From Candidatus Moraniibacteriota bacterium (lineage in GTDB: Bacteria; Patescibacteriota; Minisyncoccia; Moranbacterales; UBA2206), in assembly GCA_049297495.1 (NCBI GenBank), contig JBAQUL010000015.1, forward strand, positions 64,609 through 128,608: a stretch of 64,000 bases of DNA. Direction: 5' to 3'. Positions 16,357-24,501 of this stretch are shown in pieces (the stretch's first letter is position 1; the number at the start of each line of letters is the position of its first letter). Under the pieces are notes generated by a model. The model ran no database searches and was not told the origin of the DNA. It saw nothing but the letters and a program-made list of their open reading frames with translations. Position numbers and translations under genes: made by a program.

Positions 16357-19131
16357 ATGCAACAAAACAAAAGACCTCAAAATAGAATTATTCAGCAAAT
16401 GTTTGATGTGAGACCGGTTGACAAAGCAGGTAATTTGGATTTGGAGAAAATCAATCAAATCAGGCGTGTTTCAAAAATTGGTTTTTCAGGAAGAGTGAAG
16501 ATTGCAGAGAAAAAAGTGGCGCGCATTCCAGCCTTTCATGATATCTACGAATCGACTCCGCAGGAAGATGAAATTCGAAGATTTCAAAAATTTATTGAGG
16601 AAGAGCGGGAAGATTGTGCATTTTCGGATAAGCCTGCTAAGGCGAGTGGTCTACGAAACATCCATATTACCCATGCAACTAAGGTTGAGTCAAAAAAAAC
16701 TATTGCGAAAGAAAAAAGCATTTATGAAATGTCGATCAATCCAGTCTATGAGTCAAAAGCTGTCAATCGAGAGCCCGCGAAAAGATATTCTCAGAAAGAG
16801 ATTAAGCACCCCATGCCTGCCGATAGAAATAAATATGCAGCATTTTCAAAATATTCTTCGATTGAGAAATCAAATCAAGTTCGATTGGTACCCCCTCGCA
16901 GCAAAGTTCGAAAACCGCTATTAATACGTAAGAAAGTTGCAAAAACGTTTCACAGCGGAATGCTGGCGATAGTTGGTTTCGTGAAGATTATAATCGCCAT
17001 ATTTTTCAACATCTTTGCTAAAACAGGAAAGCTAATCGCGGCGATCACCAAATCATTTTTTGCCTCTATTCGAGATTTCTTTGAAATTCTCAATAACAGC
17101 AGGCGGAGGTATTACGGCTACATTGATGAATCGATCAGAAAGAGGAATACATTTTCTTTTTTTGCGGCGGCTACTTGTGTGTTTATTTTGGTCTTTGGTG
17201 TGGGTTTTTTCTATCGCAGCCTGAAGATTAAGAGCCTGGCAATGGAAAATGGGAAAATAGCTTATGCCAGTCTTAATGAAGCAAAGGAGGGAATAAAAAA
17301 ACGTGATTTTGATGACGCAACTTTTAAGTTTAATGACGCCTATGAGCGTTTTGATATGATTCAAAAAGATATTGATAGTTTAGGGAGTGTTATCGTTGAA
17401 TCATCAAGGTTTATCCCTTATCTGTCAAAACTTTCTTCCGGTTCAAACTTGTCTGAAGCGGGGAAAAATATTTCGCGTATCGGCGTGCTGGCAACAGAAA
17501 TTATGAAAAATTTAAATAGCGTAAAAAATCCTCTTGATAGCGAAGACTCGATATCGTATTTAAAACTTTTTCAAGAATCTGATAAAAATTTGACCGAAAT
17601 CGCCCTTCGCATCAATGATTTGGCGGGTAATCTGGATAAAATTAATATTGAAGATATTCCTGAAGCACAGCGAAGTCGTTTTGTGGATTTGAAGAAGAAA
17701 ATGCCTGAAATTAATAAATTCGTGACAAGTTTTTCTGAAGAGGAAAAAATATTGGCTGACGTCTTGGGTGGTAATGGACCTCGGAAATATCTTTTTCTAT
17801 TTCAAAATAATCAAGAAATGCGAGCGACTGGTGGGTTTATTGGAACATATGCGGTACTAGATATCTTTGATGGAAATGTCCGGAGTTTTTTTGTTGATGG
17901 CATCTTTAACCCCGATGGGCAGTTGAGGGAGAAAGTAATTCCACCTGCACCTATCCAGAAGATCAGCGCTGCTTGGAGCTTGCATGATAGCAATTGGTTT
18001 CCTGATTTTCCAATGTCTGCCGAGAAAGCATCTTGGTTTTATGAGAAAACCGGTGGTCCAACTGTAGATGGGGTAATTACCATGACCCCAACAGTGATGC
18101 AAAAACTTTTGGAGATTACTGGACCGATTGAGATGCCGGATTATGGCGTGACCATTGATAAGGATAACTTTCTCGAAAGTATTCAATATGAAGTAGAAGT
18201 GGACTATGACAAGGAATTGAACCAGCCCAAGAAAATTTTAGCTGATTTAGCTCCAAAGATATTGGATCGCATATTTAATACAAAAAATTTCGCAGATATC
18301 ACAAAAACGATGGACGTTCTTCTCACTAGCCTTAATGAGAAGCATATTTTGATTTATTCCAAGAATTACGATGTCGAAAAAATGCTTTCAGCCAATGGTT
18401 GGTCTGGTGAGGTGCTAGATACAGACAAGGATTATCTGTCTGTAATCAATACTAATATTAATGGCTATAAGACTGATGGCGTGATTGATGAAACTATTTC
18501 GCATAAGGCGGAGATTCAAAACGATGGCTCGATCATTGATACGGTAACAATAACTCGCCAGCACAATGGTGGTGACACCCCGCATGATTGGTGGAATCGT
18601 GTAAACGCAGATTATATGCGAGTCTATGTCCCGAAGGGCTCTACGCTAATTAGAGCATCTGGAGAGACAAATGAATTTAATTCTCCCCCAATCGACTATC
18701 GCGCGCTTGGTTTCAAAAAAGACGCTCAGGTGGGGATGGAGGAGGATTCCATGATAATAGATGCCGATAGCGGCACAAGGATATATGAAGATTCTGGCAA
18801 GACCGTTTTTGCGAACTGGGTTTATGTCAGTCCTCAGGAAGCTGTAACAATGAGCTATTCCTATCTATTGCCCTTTAAACTGGATACTAATTTAACAGTG
18901 CATCCTGCGGATACTTATTCACTTTTAGCTCAGAAGCAATCAGGCAGTGTGGGTAGTAAATTTTCAACTAAAATCACCTTTCCCAATTTCTATAAAATGA
19001 TTTGGAAATATCCTAGCGAAGAAATTTCCAATTTTTCGACTGGTGATGATAAAAATAGCGGTATCGAAATGGAAAGCGATTTGAAGACAGATAAGTTTAT
19101 TGGAGTGGCATTTGAAAAAAATAATCAGTAA
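16357..19131 (+). CDS. Large membrane-anchored protein, DUF4012-like. The N-terminal about 200 aa are lysine/arginine-rich and low-complexity.
   Basis: Single TM near residues 200-290. The motif LFQNNQEMRATGGFIGTYAVLDI resembles DUF4012 proteins of cell-wall polysaccharide loci. It starts immediately after the upstream stop. Confidence 0.45.
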   Translation: MQQNKRPQNRIIQQMFDVRPVDKAGNLDLEKINQIRRVSKIGFSGRVKIAEKKVARIPAFHDIYESTPQEDEIRRFQKFIEEEREDCAFSDKPAKASGLRNIHITHATKVESKKTIAKEKSIYEMSINPVYESKAVNREPAKRYSQKEIKHPMPADRNKYAAFSKYSSIEKSNQVRLVPPRSKVRKPLLIRKKVAKTFHSGMLAIVGFVKIIIAIFFNIFAKTGKLIAAITKSFFASIRDFFEILNNSRRRYYGYIDESIRKRNTFSFFAAATCVFILVFGVGFFYRSLKIKSLAMENGKIAYASLNEAKEGIKKRDFDDATFKFNDAYERFDMIQKDIDSLGSVIVESSRFIPYLSKLSSGSNLSEAGKNISRIGVLATEIMKNLNSVKNPLDSEDSISYLKLFQESDKNLTEIALRINDLAGNLDKINIEDIPEAQRSRFVDLKKKMPEINKFVTSFSEEEKILADVLGGNGPRKYLFLFQNNQEMRATGGFIGTYAVLDIFDGNVRSFFVDGIFNPDGQLREKVIPPAPIQKISAAWSLHDSNWFPDFPMSAEKASWFYEKTGGPTVDGVITMTPTVMQKLLEITGPIEMPDYGVTIDKDNFLESIQYEVEVDYDKELNQPKKILADLAPKILDRIFNTKNFADITKTMDVLLTSLNEKHILIYSKNYDVEKMLSANGWSGEVLDTDKDYLSVINTNINGYKTDGVIDETISHKAEIQNDGSIIDTVTITRQHNGGDTPHDWWNRVNADYMRVYVPKGSTLIRASGETNEFNSPPIDYRALGFKKDAQVGMEEDSMIIDADSGTRIYEDSGKTVFANWVYVSPQEAVTMSYSYLLPFKLDTNLTVHPADTYSLLAQKQSGSVGSKFSTKITFPNFYKMIWKYPSEEISNFSTGDDKNSGIEMESDLKTDKFIGVAFEKNNQ

Positions 19132-19145
19132 GATTTCCTAACTTC

Positions 19146-20792
19146 GTGATAAAAAAAATTCTTCGTAGCCGATTGCTATTAAACTCCGAACCGTCGCAAT
19201 CGGTTATTTCAGCGGCATTTATCATTACCATCGCCGGACTGGCTAGTCGGATTCTTGGTCTCGTCCGGGATCGTTTTTTGGCCTCAACCTTCGGAGCGGG
19301 GGATACGCTGGATATCTACTATGCGGCTTTTCGTATTCCAGATTTGATTTATAATTTTTTAATTCTTGGCGCACTAAGTGCGGCATTCATTCCGGTTTTT
19401 ACGGGACTTATCAGCAAAAAAAAGAACACGGAAGCCTGGGACGCGGCGAACGGAGTAATGAATTTGGCAATTGCTTTTGTGATTGCGCTATCGATTATAG
19501 CCTGTCTTTTTGCCCCCTATTTAATGAAAATAATTACTCCAGGTTTCCCGGCGGAAAAAATGGATCAAGTTGTTCTGTTTACTCGGATAATGTTTCTTAG
19601 TCCTATTTTTTTGGGTATTAGTGGGATTTTTGGAGGCGTGCTCACTTCTTTCAAGCGGTTTATGATTTATTCGCTTGCACCCGTTCTCTATAATCTAGGT
19701 ATTATTTTCGGAGTGGTTTTCTTTGTTAAATTATGGGGACCAATCGGATTGGCCTGGGGTGTCGTCTTGGGAGCGTTTTTACACATGTTGATTCAATATC
19801 CTGCTGCCAGAAACTTGGGCTTCAGACATAAGCTTGCTTTCAGAGAATATTTTCTCAATAAGGATATTCGCCACATCTTCAAGCTGATGATTCCCAGGAT
19901 GATGGGTATCGCCGTTTCTCAAGCTAATTTGTTTGTAATTACAATTTTTGCCTCAACACTTATTGCTGGTAGTTTGTCAATTTTCAATTTTGCTCAAAAT
20001 CTGCAAAGTGTGCCATTAGGAATTTTTGGTGTTTCATTTTCCATCGCTGCCTTTCCAACACTCTCCGCTCTTTGGGCTACGAATGACAAAAAAACATTCG
20101 CCAAAACATTTGCAGAAACATTCTGCCAGATTATGTTTTTTGTTATCCCACTCAGCATTTTCATATTGCTCCTTCGCGCGCAAATAGTGCGTGTAACACT
20201 AGGTGCGGGAAAGTTTGATTGGGAAGACACAATTCTTACCTATGAGTGCTTAAAATACTTTACCCTCAGTCTTTTTGCCCAAAGCGTTGTCCCACTCCTT
20301 ACGCGTTCATTTTATGCGATCCACAACACACGGACACCTTTCTATATCGCGATATTTAGTGAGATAGTTAATATTATAGTTGTTTTACTTTTGATTGGAA
20401 AATATGAAATACAAGGTCTAGCGATGGCTTTTTCGCTTACCAGCCTCATTCAGATGTTTTTGTTGTTCATTGCTCTGCGTTCTAGATTTGATGATTTAGG
20501 GGACAAGAAGATTATAAAATCAATCGGACAAATTGCGTTCTCTGCCATTTTTTCTGGTATTGGAGTACAAATGTCGAAATATGCCGTAGCGAGCTTTGTT
20601 GATATGGATACTTTTTTGGGTGTTTTCGCCCAGTTGGCAATTTCAGGAGCCGTAGGCATATTCATCTTCCTCGCTCTTTGTCACTTTTTGCGCCTAGAAG
20701 AATACTTAGAATTTAAAAAATCCTTGACGAAGAAAATCTTCAAGGATAAAAAGGCTATCACCGAAAATACGGGAGAGGTAAGTGGGGTATGA
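19146..20792 (+). CDS. murJ: Lipid II flippase MurJ (MviN)
   Basis: RILGLVRDRFLASTFGAGDTLDIYYAAFRIPDLIYNFLILGALSAAFIPVF plus about 14 TM helices. GTG start. Confidence 0.9.
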   Translation: MIKKILRSRLLLNSEPSQSVISAAFIITIAGLASRILGLVRDRFLASTFGAGDTLDIYYAAFRIPDLIYNFLILGALSAAFIPVFTGLISKKKNTEAWDAANGVMNLAIAFVIALSIIACLFAPYLMKIITPGFPAEKMDQVVLFTRIMFLSPIFLGISGIFGGVLTSFKRFMIYSLAPVLYNLGIIFGVVFFVKLWGPIGLAWGVVLGAFLHMLIQYPAARNLGFRHKLAFREYFLNKDIRHIFKLMIPRMMGIAVSQANLFVITIFASTLIAGSLSIFNFAQNLQSVPLGIFGVSFSIAAFPTLSALWATNDKKTFAKTFAETFCQIMFFVIPLSIFILLLRAQIVRVTLGAGKFDWEDTILTYECLKYFTLSLFAQSVVPLLTRSFYAIHNTRTPFYIAIFSEIVNIIVVLLLIGKYEIQGLAMAFSLTSLIQMFLLFIALRSRFDDLGDKKIIKSIGQIAFSAIFSGIGVQMSKYAVASFVDMDTFLGVFAQLAISGAVGIFIFLALCHFLRLEEYLEFKKSLTKKIFKDKKAITENTGEVSGV

Positions 20793-20949
20793 TGATGGAT
20801 ATCTTATCAATAAAAAAACAGCATTGAAAGTAACTCTGGCGCTGCTGTTGGCGATGGCCATACCCACTCGTAATTCAGTGGGCTTGATGCCTGCCGAGGA
20901 CCTCGGTGCTTTGCGGCGCGCGTTTTGCTTTCAATGCTGTCCTGGAAGG

Positions 20950-21282
20950 CTAACTAGTTATTTTGCTTTTGTCAATCTTTTTGATATTTAAAAGTCCCAA
21001 AACTAATAAGCCAAGAATGATTGTTTTCAATACGTAGTGACCACCTGGATCAACAAAATCCCTCGTCATGGGCGTGATTGGGCCAGCAATGAGATGGGCC
21101 AAGATGCCAATGGGCAAAGTTAAAAATACCCAATTCTTTTTGGGAACTTCTAATTTGAAAATTTTGCGGCATAACCAGGAAAGAAGAGGGGAGAGCAGGG
21201 CTAGTCCTAAGAATGCTACCGTGAAATCAAAGATGGCATATTCTCCGATTCTAAATTGGCGCAAAAAAGTAACTGTTAGCAT
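20950..21282 (-). CDS. Small integral membrane protein (hypothetical)
   Basis: 110 aa with three predicted TM segments. Confidence 0.4.
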   Translation of the reverse strand: MLTVTFLRQFRIGEYAIFDFTVAFLGLALLSPLLSWLCRKIFKLEVPKKNWVFLTLPIGILAHLIAGPITPMTRDFVDPGGHYVLKTIILGLLVLGLLNIKKIDKSKITS

Positions 21283-21306
21283 AGATTGATTATAGCACAG
21301 ATATAA

Positions 21307-21696
21307 TTAGTTTTTTAAGAATTTTCCAATTTTTGGCTTTGTATAATTTTCGCCCTTAATCATTTTATACTGACTATACTCCTTGCTCATATTTGAATTG
21401 TGTACTTCTTTGAAAATGTTTTCAATCTTTTCTTGCAGCCCGTGTTCTAGGATTGTCCCATAAACAGCATACAAAATATCAGAGAGCTCCTTGGCGATAT
21501 TTTCTAAATCAGCATTCTTAGCACCTTCAAGGTATTCCCTCACTTCTTCTGCCATCAATTTATATCTCAGATCTGATCGATCACGAGGGATCAGTGTTGG
21601 CCTCTTCAATATTGGAACATTGAATTTCTCGTGAAATTCTCTTACAAGCGCTAGCTGTTTTTGCATATATTTTCTTTTGTTATTTTCTGAGGTCAA
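21307..21696 (-). CDS. MazG-like / all-alpha NTP pyrophosphohydrolase family protein
   Basis: LALVREFHEKF...EEVREYLEG...ELSDILY helical NTP-PPase pattern. Overlaps the upstream ORF by 17 nt, so they form an operon. Confidence 0.55.
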   Translation of the reverse strand: MTSENNKRKYMQKQLALVREFHEKFNVPILKRPTLIPRDRSDLRYKLMAEEVREYLEGAKNADLENIAKELSDILYAVYGTILEHGLQEKIENIFKEVHNSNMSKEYSQYKMIKGENYTKPKIGKFLKN

Positions 21697-22153
21697 TCAA
21701 GCCGCCGATATACTTTGCTTTGTAAATTTCGTTTCCATTTTCGGACTTGATGATTTCTTCGCCAAAAAAATTGTCAATTTCTCCTTCAAAAATATTGATA
21801 TATTCAGCGCCGTCTTGGTGATATTTTTTTGGGCCACGAAATGGTTTATCCTCGGGAATCAAAGAGAGTGCACCCTGTAAAGTCTTGTAGACAGCTTGCA
21901 CATCAGTAACGCCTTCAACTACCCAGCCATAATAGACCATCATATAAACTGGTGAGTTCCGAAAAAATACAACTTCGCGTCCACCATATGGTTCTCCGCC
22001 AAAATAGTTATCGTGATATTTCCAATCACCCTCTTCAAATGTCAATGTCGTTGACTTGTCAGCCTCGATAATTTTTTTAGCAGTGTTACCAGCCGCATAA
22101 GTTGATTTTTTTGCTTCAACTAGAAATTTGCAAAGATCATTTATGTCTATCAT
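21680..22153 (-). CDS. Conserved hypothetical protein
   Basis: Intact 157-aa ORF (WKYHDNYFGGEPYGGREVVFF). Translationally coupled to the MazG-like gene. Confidence 0.45.
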   Translation of the reverse strand: MIDINDLCKFLVEAKKSTYAAGNTAKKIIEADKSTTLTFEEGDWKYHDNYFGGEPYGGREVVFFRNSPVYMMVYYGWVVEGVTDVQAVYKTLQGALSLIPEDKPFRGPKKYHQDGAEYINIFEGEIDNFFGEEIIKSENGNEIYKAKYIGGLIDLRK

Positions 22154-22193
22154 AGTATTGCTTTATTATTTAAAAAATAATGCTTACTCCAGT

Positions 22194-22754
22194 TTATATA
22201 TCTTTTCCTGTTTTAAAACTTAAATTTGGGGGTACCACCTTGTCTAGCGTGGAACAATACTGGCTTTGTAATTTTTGAGTGACGTTGTCTTTCAGTTCAG
22301 CAAATAGCATCATTGCGATTGGATCGTTAAATTTAAGGCGTATTCTAAAATTTCCTACATTTTTAATCTCAAGGGTTGCGGAGTGCGGAAGCTCAAAAGT
22401 TCCGTCAATTATTGATGCGGTAATGTGAGTTGTTAACCCAAGTCTTGCGACTGTGCTTCTGCCATCAAGAATGGTCAAAATATTTGCTGACGTTTGAAAT
22501 GTTTCAAATGTTGAGCCAAGAACAAAAGCACCCGGATCCAAATAAAATTCTTCTCGCAAAATATCAACTTCCCTATATTTTAAATCGTTTGACTCTGTTA
22601 AGTTGACGATCTGGTTAGGCTCGGGAATTAATAGGGTTTTTCCAAGGTGAACTCGCACTCCCACTGGGCGAATATTTTTCCTATCAAATTCTGGACCAAT
22701 TTTAATTTGTCCGCTATCTAAACAATTTTCTATACTCTGGTGTGATAAAAACAT
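22194..22754 (-). CDS. dcd: dCTP deaminase (dUTPase-fold)
   Basis: IRPVGVRVHLGKTLLIP and DGRSTVARLGLTTHITASIIDGTFELP...TLEIKN match the Dcd core. Length 186 aa. Confidence 0.78.
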   Translation of the reverse strand: MFLSHQSIENCLDSGQIKIGPEFDRKNIRPVGVRVHLGKTLLIPEPNQIVNLTESNDLKYREVDILREEFYLDPGAFVLGSTFETFQTSANILTILDGRSTVARLGLTTHITASIIDGTFELPHSATLEIKNVGNFRIRLKFNDPIAMMLFAELKDNVTQKLQSQYCSTLDKVVPPNLSFKTGKDI

Positions 22755-22959
22755 AATAAGTATTTTGATAGCAATAGTGGAAAAAATACCCCCCTATCGC
22801 TTCTCTTTAAATCAGTAAAAAATGTATCCAAATATCTGAAGTTTATTGGAGTGTGACGAAAGCAAATTTGGGAGAGAAAATTTTTCTTACCTTGAATTAT
22901 AAATGTGAAAAATTTCTGAATCGGATACTCAGTGTTATGTGATGTAAAATTTTGCGTCG

Positions 22960-23385
22960 TTACATTTCGCAAATCTCTAGTGGTAAATCATCAGGGTCTT
23001 TAAAGAAAGTCATTTTCTTTCCCGTTCTGTCATCAGTACGAACTGGCTCAGTTTTTATTCCAAGTTCATTTAATTTATTGATAGTTTCATCAAAATTCTC
23101 AACATCAAATGCTAAATGCCTCAATCCACAAGCTTCAGGATAAGATGGACGTTTTGGCGGAGAAGGGAAAGAAAATAATTCAATCATTGCGTTGCCAGCG
23201 TCTAAATAAAGGATTGAAGATTGTCTTTCCGGGCGATCAATTTGGTGAATAACTTTAAAACCAAGTTTATTGGCATAGAAGTCCTTGGAAACCTCGAAGT
23301 CCGAAACGATGATGGCGATGTGATTGACTTTTTTTAAAATCATATTTTTGTTGATTAATTGATTGGTGAAATTTTTATTTTTCAC
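22960..23385 (-). CDS. VOC/glyoxalase-bleomycin-resistance family protein
   Basis: VNHIAIIVSDFEVSKDFY...GFKV, with RHLAFDV as the second beta-alpha-beta-beta-beta module. The probable start is MILKK near 23343. Confidence 0.65.
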   Translation of the reverse strand: MKNKNFTNQLINKNMILKKVNHIAIIVSDFEVSKDFYANKLGFKVIHQIDRPERQSSILYLDAGNAMIELFSFPSPPKRPSYPEACGLRHLAFDVENFDETINKLNELGIKTEPVRTDDRTGKKMTFFKDPDDLPLEICEM

Positions 23386-23506
23386 AACGTTACGAGTATC
23401 CGAAGTTTTTCTGGAGCGTAGTGAAAGAAAAATTTGGGTGAAGGATTTTTTTTATTCCTTATTATAGCAAAAAATTCCTGAACCGCATACTTTTTGTTAT
23501 ATGAAG

Positions 23507-24187
23507 TTATTTGAGCACGGATCCTCTGTGTTTCAATTTTAAAAATCCACACAAACCAAATGCTAGTCTATAAAAGAAGAAGGCGATATTGTACGTTCTA
23601 TCAAAGAAGGAATTTTTCTTTACTTTTGTAAGGCAGGTTATTGTATCAATCAATTTTGGATTTTGGATTTTTGATGAAAAAAGTAAGATTCCGGCAGTAA
23701 CCAAGTGGGGTCCAGGAAAATGCCAAGTGTCATGAAATGCTATAATGCCTTGATCAACAACCTTTGGAAACCATAGCTTATAATCAAGATTTACAAATTT
23801 ATATTCATGAGCACCATCAATAAATAAAAATCCAATCGGCTCGTGGAAAGTTTTTGATGCCTCTTCTGATGTTTTACGGATTGGTTCAATATATCGCTCT
23901 ACACCAGAATTTTTAATATTTTGCAAAAATTCCTGATAAGTATCGACCTTGCCAAACATTTTGTGTTGTTCAGATGAGCCAATATGCGGATCAACAGCAT
24001 AAATCTTGGCATTATTTCCGTCTTGCACGCCCTTGCCAAGACAGGTTGTGGATTTCCCTTTCCACGAGCCGATTTCTACAACTGCATTTCCGCGATTCAC
24101 TTCTTTTGCGGTTTCGTAAAGAAAAATTCCTTCGGCTTCAGTGAGCCAGCCACCAATTTTTGCGATATTGTTTTTAAAATCTATCAT
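23507..24187 (-). CDS. Class I SAM-dependent methyltransferase (TylF/CmcI-like O-methyltransferase fold)
   Basis: VVEIGSWKGKSTTCLG (motif I) and KIYAVDPH. Confidence 0.65.
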   Translation of the reverse strand: MIDFKNNIAKIGGWLTEAEGIFLYETAKEVNRGNAVVEIGSWKGKSTTCLGKGVQDGNNAKIYAVDPHIGSSEQHKMFGKVDTYQEFLQNIKNSGVERYIEPIRKTSEEASKTFHEPIGFLFIDGAHEYKFVNLDYKLWFPKVVDQGIIAFHDTWHFPGPHLVTAGILLFSSKIQNPKLIDTITCLTKVKKNSFFDRTYNIAFFFYRLAFGLCGFLKLKHRGSVLK

Positions 24188-24211
24188 AGTAGTACTTAAA
24201 TAATTTCACAC

Positions 24212-24429
24212 AACGTGAAGCTATGCGAAGTCCCGATGTACTCATCGGGATTTGGGCGACAGCCGCATATCTGGTGTTGTGCGATGTGTCACGTGCGGCG
24301 GGTTAAGGGTGGTTCTATTCTGAAATGAGAGAGCCCCCTTCGCATAGCTTCACGTTATGGCGAAATGGAACAAGCGGAGCGCGTGACATTTCGCCATAAC
24401 TCGTTCATATCCGAAGTGTTTTCGGATAT
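24212..24429. promoter_or_regulatory. Densely structured inverted-repeat region immediately upstream of the tyrosine recombinase gene
   Basis: A 19-bp perfect inverted repeat (24212-24230 / 24338-24356) encloses hairpin tcccgatg-tact-catcggga. A 13-bp inverted repeat follows (24355-24367 / 24387-24399), then the 9-5-9 palindrome ATATCCGAA-GTGTT-TTCGGATAT (24407-24429). Confidence 0.6.
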
Positions 24430-24501
24430 TGTACATGATGTTGCTAAGTTTGTGAATATTATGTACACTTTGTTTATGCTTAAATTATAGCAAAAAAGGT
24501 G

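Noticed and set aside
22194-22754. Anti-phage nucleotide-depleting dCTP deaminase
   Set aside because: At 186 aa it has only the catalytic dUTPase-fold core and lacks the N-terminal kinase-like domain of defensive dCTP deaminases. It is more likely housekeeping or operon-metabolic; see the finding on the dcd operon.
24441-24462. Canonical promoter call (TTGCTA...TATTAT) for the recombinase gene
   Set aside because: The spacer between the candidate -35 and -10 is only 10 nt, so it does not fit sigma70 geometry. Only the TATTAT -10-like element is credible, so no promoter feature was annotated.
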